DNA from: Vicinamibacteria bacterium
Lineage (GTDB): Bacteria > Acidobacteriota > Vicinamibacteria > Marinacidobacterales > Marinacidobacteraceae
DNA length: 64,000 nt
Reading direction: 5' to 3'
NCBI GenBank assembly: GCA_963668695.2
Contig: CAXXLQ010000004.1
Location: 3,776,001 to 3,840,000, forward strand
A program made the position numbers and the translations under genes. How positions within the stretch are numbered: position 1 is the stretch's first letter; every line of letters begins with the position of its first letter. This document shows positions 40,624-48,180 of the stretch, piece by piece. The notes beneath the pieces were generated by a model. It made no database searches and was not told where the DNA came from. It worked only from the letters and a program-made list of their open reading frames with translations.

Positions 40624-41978
40624 CAGTTCAAAGCTCCCCACTCTCGGATGAATGAGCGGCTGCCCAGCGACGCCAGGTAGTTCACCCACTCCTCTCGATG
40701 CTTCTCGAACATCTCACGAATACGCTTCTCTACTTCCTCTACCTCCAGTTCCAAAACAGGAGCGAGGCTTGCGGCATGAGCCCCAATCGTCTCGGTTTCC
40801 TCCGCGATCTCCGCCATTCGCCGCATATGCAATGTCCCCGCAATTGCGTACTCTCGATACCGTTCGTTGAGCTTCGTAAATCCGGGATCCACCGCCTCCT
40901 CTAGCGACTCCGCCGACATGTTCACGCAAACGTACGTTCCTCCCGGCTCATCGAGACCGGCCGCATGAACGCTGAGGCGTCTCAACATACATGCCGCGCA
41001 CACACCGCAGTGCCTCCACGAACCGGCGATGGAACTCCACCGACCGTCGCGCCAGCAGGACTTGGCGTCCTTCCATGCCTCAGTTTCCGCGAGGCGCGCG
41101 TACTCTGAGAGCGTCTCTCCCTTCGTAGCCCACAGACGAGGAAACCTGTATCGGACATCCGATCCCAGCAAGGCCTTCAGGAACGACTCCATCCGCCGCG
41201 TGAAGAGCGGGTGGCTCCGATAATCCTGATATGAATGCCCCACGGTTGCCAGTACAGGTCCGAGCACACCCTGTCCGCTTTCCGGACAGATTACGCGTGG
41301 CGAGTTTGTCAGATAGGCCGCAAGCCCAGAGATCAAAGCAAACTTGAACCCTCTACTCCGTCCGCTCGTTTCTCTGCGAAGCTTGTTAGCCGAAAGCGAG
41401 TAGGGAACCTTAATGAAAGGCGTCTTTTCCGAGTATTTGAAATGCGACCCTCGCTCAACCCGAACGAGAACCAGTTGTTCACCTAACCGATTCCTTTCGA
41501 TCCCGGACACGGCCAGGGAATCCAAGCCAGCACTGTATGGCAGACAGGCTCCCCTCGGTACTGAGAACTCTAGGTATCCACGTCTTGGCTCGGTCTGCTC
41601 TTCGCTCCTGGCGCAGAATGAGAACTCCCAAACGTCCCCCGTAAGGAACCCGAGTGCAGAACAGAGTGAACGGACTACGTCTGGAGCCTCCCAGCGCGCC
41701 GGATCGTGTACAGGAACGTGAACGCACAGGTGACGCGCCCAGCCAAGCGACGGGCGGCGACCGACAGAATCCGCGTATTCGACGGCGGCGCAAACTGCCA
41801 TCGCGTCATAAATCACGGCTTCCCACCTTGCCAGCGCGAAACGTCGCAGCGCCTCGATCGAAAACTTGAAGTCCTTTCGGTGCTGGAAGGCGATCCAGCC
41901 GCGCGGGGCTCGTCCGTCCTTCTCGAGAACTGCAACCCTAGTAAGCGGCAGCCGACCCGCTTTTCGCTTACCGCTCAC
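40623..41978 (-). CDS. QatC-like QueC-family (7-cyano-7-deazaguanine synthase-like) protein
   Basis: N-terminal extension AD...GWAR...LGFLTGDVWEF; PP-loop YSAGLDS; RSRGF, PESG, RSHP, TKGE; Zn site SC...HCGVCAACMLRR. GTG at 41978 in a GTGA overlap. Confidence 0.85.
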   Translation of the reverse strand: MSGKRKAGRLPLTRVAVLEKDGRAPRGWIAFQHRKDFKFSIEALRRFALARWEAVIYDAMAVCAAVEYADSVGRRPSLGWARHLCVHVPVHDPARWEAPDVVRSLCSALGFLTGDVWEFSFCARSEEQTEPRRGYLEFSVPRGACLPYSAGLDSLAVSGIERNRLGEQLVLVRVERGSHFKYSEKTPFIKVPYSLSANKLRRETSGRSRGFKFALISGLAAYLTNSPRVICPESGQGVLGPVLATVGHSYQDYRSHPLFTRRMESFLKALLGSDVRYRFPRLWATKGETLSEYARLAETEAWKDAKSCWRDGRWSSIAGSWRHCGVCAACMLRRLSVHAAGLDEPGGTYVCVNMSAESLEEAVDPGFTKLNERYREYAIAGTLHMRRMAEIAEETETIGAHAASLAPVLELEVEEVEKRIREMFEKHREEWVNYLASLGSRSFIREWGALN

Positions 41979-42499
41979 AACGGAGGTCCTTGCTCCAACC
42001 CCTTCCGCTGCGGCGGCCGGGATGGGTTTAGTGCCCCAGCGCCACCCCGGACTAGGCGCTTCGCAAGCGCAGAGCAATCGTACGCGCGGTGGATTTCACC
42101 TAAACGCCCAAGCGCACGGCCTGCTCTCACATCGTTCCGGTGTCGGAGGCAATGCTCTTCCATGCTCCACATGCGTCGGCGCAGGAAGTCGGCCAGAGCA
42201 GCTGCCACAGCCCGTTCACGCGTGGCCAGACTGGGGGGAGCGCCGTTCTGAAGTCGCTGAATGTGTTCGATCATGATGTTTCCGAGAGCGCTTGGGCCGC
42301 ACCCGCCGTCCACGTCAACGTCAGGTTGAACGAGCCAAGGGCGGAAGAGCGCCTTCGGAAGTTGGCTGCAATCCGTGGTCAGGGCGTAGTCCAGCGCCTC
42401 AACGTTCTCTACCAGAGGACGGGCGGCATTCTCAGCGCGCCTCAGGATTTCGCGCCACAGCTTGGACAGAGGCAGGCTACTGTGGGGGCCGTCACTCAT
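41975..42499 (-). CDS. Hypothetical protein (MSDGPH N-terminus), first gene of the QueC operon
   Basis: 174-aa ORF whose stop overlaps the QueC start; no recognisable domain. Confidence 0.7.
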   Translation of the reverse strand: MSDGPHSSLPLSKLWREILRRAENAARPLVENVEALDYALTTDCSQLPKALFRPWLVQPDVDVDGGCGPSALGNIMIEHIQRLQNGAPPSLATRERAVAAALADFLRRRMWSMEEHCLRHRNDVRAGRALGRLGEIHRAYDCSALAKRLVRGGAGALNPSRPPQRKGLEQGPPL

Positions 42500-42503
42500 G
42501 ATA

Positions 42504-42532
42504 TGTCAGCATATCACATATCGTCTCTGACA
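42504..42532. promoter_or_regulatory. Putative promoter/operator of the QueC operon
   Basis: AT-rich patch with TGTCAG-N17-CTGACA; the minus strand reads TGA-TATGCT (extended -10-like) 8 nt before the ATG. Confidence 0.45.
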
Positions 42533-42771
42533 ATGTCGAATATGCCTTGGAAGCAGAGGATTGACTCCAGAGGCCGTTCAAGACATGCCCATCGGGACCC
42601 TGCAGCGAACCTCAGGAAGGGAGCCTGATGGAATGGCCAACCGAGTTCGGGGCAATGACACTGTCTGTTCCGCCGCCCTCCGGGCGGCGGTCCCGGCCGT
42701 CTCCGCCACCAACTCGCCCACAGCTCGGTCCTTGGCCCTCCCCTCCCCACGCGTAAGATTCCGGCCGCCTC

Positions 42772-44301
42772 GTGCCTCGTTTCTATCTGACCACCGCCAT
42801 CGACTACGTCAACTCGCCGCCGCACCTCGGCACGGCCTACGAGAAGATCACCGCCGACGTGATCGCGCGCTTCAAGCGGAGCGCGGGGTACGACACCCAC
42901 TTCCTGATGGGGGCCGACGAGCACTCCCTCAACGTGCGCCGGAAGGCTGAAGAACAGGGCCTCGATCCGCTGGACTACTGCGCCAAGATGGAGGACACCT
43001 TCCGCGCGGTCTGGGCGAAGCTCGACGTCTCCTACGACGAGTTCATCCGCACCACCGAGAAGCGCCACCACCTGGGGGTCCAGAAGCTGCTCGAGGCGAT
43101 TCGCGCGCGGGGCGGCATCTACGAGGGAACGTACGAGGGCTGGTACTGCGTCTCCTGCGAGGCCTTCAAACAGGAGAAGGATCTTGAAGACGGCACCTGC
43201 CCCCTCCACCGGGCAAAGCCGGACTGGATCTCCGAGAAGAACCACTTCTTCCGCCTCTCGGCGTACCGCGACCGGCTGCTCGAGCTCTACCGGGACCAGC
43301 CGAGCTTCATCGAGCCCGAGACCCGGCGGAACGAGCTGACGAACGTCCTCGAAGCGGGGCTCCTCGATCTTTCGGTCAGCCGGCCGAGCACCGGCTGGGG
43401 GATCCCGGTGCCTTTCGACGACGCCAGCGTGGTGTACGTCTGGTTCGACGCGCTCATGAACTATCTCTCGGCAACCGGTTACGGGACCGACGAGGAAGGC
43501 TGGGAGGAGCGCTGGCCCGCCGACCTCCACATCGTGGGCAAGGACATCACCCGCTTCCACGCCGTGATCTGGCCGGCCATGCTGATGGCGGCCGGGCTTC
43601 CCATCCCCCGGCAGGTCTTCGGGCATGGCTTCGTGAACTTCCAGGGAGAGCGGATGAGCAAGTCGCTCGGAACGGCAGTGGACCCGCTCGAAGCGAGCGA
43701 CCACTTCGGCCCCGACCCGCTCAGACTCTTCCTGGTCCGCGAAGTCCAGTACGGACAGGACGGTGACTTCTCCTGGGATCGTTTCGAGGCGCGTTACGAC
43801 TCGGATCTCGCCAACGCGCTCGGGAACCTGGTCAGCCGCATCACCTCGATGGCCGCCCGCTATCGCGATGGCCGGCTGGCCGCTTCGGCCCGCTCGGCTC
43901 TTCCCGAAATCTCGACCCGGGCGGTCGCCGACTACCGCGAGGCGATGGAGGGACTTCGTCTTCACGACGGGGCGGCCGCCGCCTTCCGGATCGTGGGGGC
44001 GGTCAACGAATTCCTGACCTTGCGCGCTCCCTGGAAGCTCGCCAAGGATCCGGACGCCGGAGAGGCGCTCGACGAAGCTCTCTACGAAGCCGCGGAGGCA
44101 ACCCGGATCGCCGCCGTCCTTCTCCATCCGGTCATGCCGAAGTCCACCGCTCGCATTCTTGAACGCTTGGGCGGCGCGTCCGCCGATCCGATCCGCTTCG
44201 ACGAGCACGCCGTCTTTCAGGGAGCCCGGGTCCTCGCCACGCAGGCGGGGGCACCCCTCTGGCCGCGGCTCTCCACCCGGCGATCAGGAAACCGGGGGTA
44301 A
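42772..44301 (+). CDS. metG: Methionine--tRNA ligase (short form, no C-terminal OB domain)
   Basis: FYLTTAIDYVN...HLGT, GADEH, YEGWYC, YVWFDAL-x-NY, GKDI-x-RFH, RMSKSLG, LANALGNL. Confidence 0.97.
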   Translation: MPRFYLTTAIDYVNSPPHLGTAYEKITADVIARFKRSAGYDTHFLMGADEHSLNVRRKAEEQGLDPLDYCAKMEDTFRAVWAKLDVSYDEFIRTTEKRHHLGVQKLLEAIRARGGIYEGTYEGWYCVSCEAFKQEKDLEDGTCPLHRAKPDWISEKNHFFRLSAYRDRLLELYRDQPSFIEPETRRNELTNVLEAGLLDLSVSRPSTGWGIPVPFDDASVVYVWFDALMNYLSATGYGTDEEGWEERWPADLHIVGKDITRFHAVIWPAMLMAAGLPIPRQVFGHGFVNFQGERMSKSLGTAVDPLEASDHFGPDPLRLFLVREVQYGQDGDFSWDRFEARYDSDLANALGNLVSRITSMAARYRDGRLAASARSALPEISTRAVADYREAMEGLRLHDGAAAAFRIVGAVNEFLTLRAPWKLAKDPDAGEALDEALYEAAEATRIAAVLLHPVMPKSTARILERLGGASADPIRFDEHAVFQGARVLATQAGAPLWPRLSTRRSGNRG

Positions 44302-44537
44302 CAGCCTGTGGTGAAACCCACGCGGCCCAGTTCTCCCGGTGGGGGCTCGAGCGGCGATCCATCCCGCCTGAACCGCCCCCCCACCGGGAGAACTGGCGCT
44401 TTGCGGCGCTCGACGTTGCGTTTCGGTCGAAATACACTCGGGCCAGTTCCTCCCTCACGCGCCTTGTCAGGCGGACCCCCACCGGGAGAACTGGGCCTCA
44501 CCGCTCTCGGCGCTCACCCGGGTTCCACCACAGGCTG
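44302..44537. mobile_element. MITE (subfamily A, inverted relative to the 6683 copy)
   Basis: TIR CAGCCTGTGGTGAAACC / GGTTCCACCACAGGCTG; GTAA duplicated at 44298-44301 (metG stop) and 44538-44541. Confidence 0.88.
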
Positions 44538-44573
44538 GTAAGCGGGCAGGCCACGGCTCGCGGCGCCTCGGGA

Positions 44574-45839
44574 GTGGCGATGACCTCCAGCGCCGCCAAT
44601 CCCTTCTCGCGGAACTGGTTGATGGGGTTCCGGGCGGACCTGATCTGGATCATCCTCTCGGCCGGCATCGGTTGGGCCTACCTGGCGCTCATCCTCGGGG
44701 TGGGCGCCGGGCTGGACAACCCGCTCCGGGACGCCTTCGCCACCCTGCGGGTCGGGGACTTCGCCCTCCCGGTGAGCCTGGGACTGGTAGTGGTCACGAG
44801 TTGGGCGGTGCTGCTCGACGCGCCGCACCTGTTCGCCACCCTGGCCCGCACGGTGCTGGATCCCGAGGAATGGCGCCTTCGTGGCGGGGTGCTGCTGGCT
44901 TCGTTCGGCTTCTTCCTGCTTGGCCCGGCCCTCATCCTGGCCCCCCGGCTGCTGGCTTCCGCCGGCGTCCTCCCGTCCGGCTGGCAAACCGCCGGAAGTG
45001 TCGTCTTCCTGGTCTTCTTCCGCCTGTGGGCGTACTACCACGTGGTTCGCCAGCACTGGGGGTTCTTGCGGCTCTACGCCCGCCGGAATCCGGCGGCGGA
45101 GGACGAGTTCGAGTTCCGTGCGGATCGGATCGTCTTCCCGATCGTCTTCTACCTGCCGATCGGGTGGTTCCTGACGGCTTCCTGGTACGCGGAGAGCGGG
45201 CTGCCGGAACTGGGGTTCGCCACGGAGGTGGGCGGCAGCACTCTCGGGTCCTGGCTCCACCTCCCGATCGGGTCGCTCTGGCTCCTGACCGTGATCGGCT
45301 ACGCCGCCTTCCAGTGGCGCCGCTACCTGCGGGGCAAGCCAAGGAATCTCCCCAAGCTGCTCCTGCTCGCCGCCACCGTGCCGCTCCACGCCGCGGCGTT
45401 TTCAAACCCGCTTCTCGTCCTCTTCGTGGTGCCGCTGGTCACCGCCGGCCACAACCTCCAGTACCACCGGTTCGTCTGGGACTATGCCAAGCGGCGCTAC
45501 CGCGCGGGACGGAGCGCCGCTGCCTTCTCGTTCCGTAGTCCGGCGCTCTACTTCGCGCTCGGGCTGGTGTTCACCTTCCTCGCTTACCGGGGACCCCTGG
45601 TCCACTCGATGAGCGGGATGCTCTCCGGGCTGCTCAACGAGGTGCTGCTGCCCCTGGCAGGTCTGGTGGCCGGGGCTCCGGGTGACGGAGGGGGCGCCTT
45701 GGGAGCCGAGGTGGTAGCGGCTTCACTCCTCGGCTGGGCAATGCAGCACTACTACCTCGACGCCCGCATTTGGCGGGTCTCGAAGGACGAACGTCTGCGG
45801 AAGGTGCTCGATTCGCCCGTCTCTGCGGCCCATTCCTGA
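44574..45839 (+). CDS. Polytopic membrane protein with four His motifs
   Basis: Many TM segments; DAPH, YHVVRQHWG, HNLQYH, HYYLDARIW. Confidence 0.75.
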   Translation: MAMTSSAANPFSRNWLMGFRADLIWIILSAGIGWAYLALILGVGAGLDNPLRDAFATLRVGDFALPVSLGLVVVTSWAVLLDAPHLFATLARTVLDPEEWRLRGGVLLASFGFFLLGPALILAPRLLASAGVLPSGWQTAGSVVFLVFFRLWAYYHVVRQHWGFLRLYARRNPAAEDEFEFRADRIVFPIVFYLPIGWFLTASWYAESGLPELGFATEVGGSTLGSWLHLPIGSLWLLTVIGYAAFQWRRYLRGKPRNLPKLLLLAATVPLHAAAFSNPLLVLFVVPLVTAGHNLQYHRFVWDYAKRRYRAGRSAAAFSFRSPALYFALGLVFTFLAYRGPLVHSMSGMLSGLLNEVLLPLAGLVAGAPGDGGGALGAEVVAASLLGWAMQHYYLDARIWRVSKDERLRKVLDSPVSAAHS

Positions 45840-46110
45840 CACCGGCCGGGAGCGGCCCCGGCGAGCACCGCTCGCAAGGGACAGGTCTGCGGATCTCGCT
45901 GGCCTCCGGCCAGCGGTGCCGGTCTGAATGAAGGTCCCTACATTCCGCCAAACTCTGGGATTCCCGCCGAGAAGGGGCCACCTCGGAACTCGGGGTCCTT
46001 CCCGCCGCCCGCCTCCGGCGGGCTGTGCCGACCGGAGGTCGGCGTTCCAAGCCGTCCCCGCACTTCTTCGCGTTGGAGTTACGGGAGTCTCGCTCCCCTG
46101 CGGGGAGCGG

Positions 46111-46134
46111 TGCCGGTCCAAAACCGGCGCTCCC
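46111..46134. repeat. REP-like hairpin
   Basis: TGCCGGTCCAAAACCGGCGCTCCC, 3 bp past the creatininase stop; related to 4518-4542. Confidence 0.5.
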
Positions 46135-46137
46135 GGT

Positions 46138-47010
46138 CTACCGCTCCAGGGATTTCCGGAACGCTTCGATCGTAATCTCCGCCCGGCGCGCCACCATCGC
46201 CTGCCCGTTCGCAATCGTCTGATCGAGCGGGTCGAGCGAGACGCCGTTGATCTCGAAGAGGCCGGCCGCCCGACGTTCGCGCGCCCGGATCGTTCCCGGG
46301 TCCACGGTCGCCATGATCGCGTCGTAGTGATAGTCGTCGTGGATCCCGGCTCGCGACGCGGATTGGACGTCCGGCTCCTGGTGCACCCCGAGTTCCTTGA
46401 GCTGTTCGAAGCTCCAGATGTCCTCCCGGTAGTACTCGAGGATGTGATGGAGGCGTACGCCGGCATGCGGCGGTTCGGCGTTCCAGCGCTCCGCAACCGC
46501 GGCCATTCCGCGCTGGTTCCCGCCGCTGTCACCGATCATGAGGATGTCGGTGAACCCACTGGTCGCCAGGCTTCGCGCCACGTCGGTGAGGACCATCTCG
46601 AAGGTCTCCGGGGTGAGGCTGAAGGTCCCCGGGAAGCGCATGTGCCCGGTCGGGGGGTCGTGGTCCCCTTCGGGCACGAGCTTGACGATGGGAGCGACCA
46701 GCGCGTTGCCCAACCGCCGGGCGATCGCTTCGGTGGTGGCCCGGAGCACCACGTTGTGCTTCCCGGTGACCACGTAGGGACCGTTCTGCTCGATGCCGCC
46801 GGTGGCGACGATCGCGGTGGTTGCACCGTCGGCGATCCGGTCGCGCACCTCCATCCAGGTCAGCTCTTCAATGAAGACGCTGTCAAACGCCGCGATGGGC
46901 CGCTCGGCGTCGAGCGCGTTCCAGGGATGATCCTGGGCTCCGCCGCCGCAACTGAGCGTTGCCACCGAAAAAAGAAGAACGAAAAGGCACCGAACGGACA
47001 TGGGGACCAT
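46138..47010 (-). CDS. Creatininase-family lipoprotein
   Basis: EELTWMEV, TGGIEQNGP, GKHN, FPGT-x-SL, GDSGGN, GIHDD; lipobox TLSC. Confidence 0.85.
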   Translation of the reverse strand: MVPMSVRCLFVLLFSVATLSCGGGAQDHPWNALDAERPIAAFDSVFIEELTWMEVRDRIADGATTAIVATGGIEQNGPYVVTGKHNVVLRATTEAIARRLGNALVAPIVKLVPEGDHDPPTGHMRFPGTFSLTPETFEMVLTDVARSLATSGFTDILMIGDSGGNQRGMAAVAERWNAEPPHAGVRLHHILEYYREDIWSFEQLKELGVHQEPDVQSASRAGIHDDYHYDAIMATVDPGTIRARERRAAGLFEINGVSLDPLDQTIANGQAMVARRAEITIEAFRKSLER

Positions 47011-47067
47011 TGTTGGCGGAGAAGGCCCGTAGCGCAACCGCATCGCGGGTCCAACCCGCGCCCGCCG

Positions 47068-48180
47068 CTACGCGGGAAAGACCGGCACCGGCCCCGCGGG
47101 ACGAAGACCCACCCGCTGTCCCGGCCGGAGGAGCCCCTGCCAGATCTCTCGCGCCGGAGACCGTGCGGCAATGGAGTTTCCCGAGGGAAGACGCGCCTCG
47201 ATGAGCTGGAAGGCTCCGTGGAACGATGTCCGGGTCAGCACCGCGGAGGTGGCCGCGGCGCGCTCTTCGTCCACGAAGGGCTCCACCAGCAGCCCGTCGA
47301 GCGGCAGGAGGACCTCGACCGGACCCCGGGGCGGCGCTTCACCGGAAGCCGGCGCCAGGATCTCGACCCGACCAATCTCGCAGACCGCAGTCTTGCCGTC
47401 GCTCTCGCCCGGGAGGAAGTTGGTCTCCCCGAGAAACTCGGCGCCGGCGCGGCTTCCGGGATCCCGGGCGAGTTCCTCGGGCCTTCCGGAACGGACCACC
47501 CTCCCGTCCAGCAGGAGAACGACCTGGTCCGCGAGCAGAAACGCCTCTTCCCGGTCATGAGTAACGAGTACCGCCGTCGTACCGAGGCGCCGGAGGAGTT
47601 GCGCCACTTCCTCCCGCACGCCCGCCCGGCGGGGCGCGTCGAGGTTCGAAAACGGCTCGTCCAGCAGCACCACCGCCGGCTCGGGGGCGAGGGCGCGCGC
47701 GAGCGCCACCCGTTGCTGTTCTCCACCGGAGAGTTCGTGGGGCCGCTGCCCTGCCATTTCCGACAACCCGACCATCTGGAGAGCGCCCCAGGCACGCGAC
47801 AGACCCGCCGGTCCCGGCACTCCGAAGGCCACATTCCCGAGGGCGGAGAGATGCGGGAAGAGCGCGTATTCCTGGAACACGAGACCCACCCGCCGCGACT
47901 CCGGTGGAACGAACACGCCCTTTCCGCTCACCGTCCGCCCCAGCAGCCGCACTTCTCCCGCGTCCGCCGTTTCCAGACCGGCCACGATGCGGAGCAGGGT
48001 TGTCTTCCCCCCGCCGCTCGGCCCCAAGACGGCGGTCAGGCTGCCGGAAGGGACATCCAGATCCACTCCGGCCAGCACCGTGCGGTCCGGATCCCGATCC
48101 CCGTTGCCGCGAAAGCGTTTTTCAATCGCCCGGCAACAAAGCGCCGGTTCGTGGGCAGCGTCGCCGCCCGCACCACTCAT
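47068..48180 (-). CDS. fbpC: Fe3+ ABC transporter ATP-binding protein
   Basis: GPSGGGKTT, VFQEYALFPHL, LSGGEQQRVALARAL, LLDEPFSNLD, VTHD. Confidence 0.85.
   Translation of the reverse strand: MSGAGGDAAHEPALCCRAIEKRFRGNGDRDPDRTVLAGVDLDVPSGSLTAVLGPSGGGKTTLLRIVAGLETADAGEVRLLGRTVSGKGVFVPPESRRVGLVFQEYALFPHLSALGNVAFGVPGPAGLSRAWGALQMVGLSEMAGQRPHELSGGEQQRVALARALAPEPAVVLLDEPFSNLDAPRRAGVREEVAQLLRRLGTTAVLVTHDREEAFLLADQVVLLLDGRVVRSGRPEELARDPGSRAGAEFLGETNFLPGESDGKTAVCEIGRVEILAPASGEAPPRGPVEVLLPLDGLLVEPFVDEERAAATSAVLTRTSFHGAFQLIEARLPSGNSIAARSPAREIWQGLLRPGQRVGLRPAGPVPVFPA

Noticed and set aside
40623-41978. Housekeeping queC for queuosine synthesis
   Set aside because: About twice the canonical length with an extra N-terminal domain, no queD/queE/queF neighbours, and embedded in an HTH-peptidase/PIN operon.
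38844-42499. Complete QatABCD, type IV CBASS or Dpd system
   Set aside because: No P-loop ATPase, TatD, CD-NTase or TGT/DpdA homologue is visible.
38825-42690. TCCG(A/G)GCGGCGG at 38825 and 42679 as att sites
   Set aside because: Only 12 bp with a mismatch, GC-only in character and plausible by chance; no integrase.
42560-42771. T-box or SAM riboswitch upstream of metG
   Set aside because: Only a GC hairpin (about 42670-42690) is visible; no T-box or S-box consensus was recognised.
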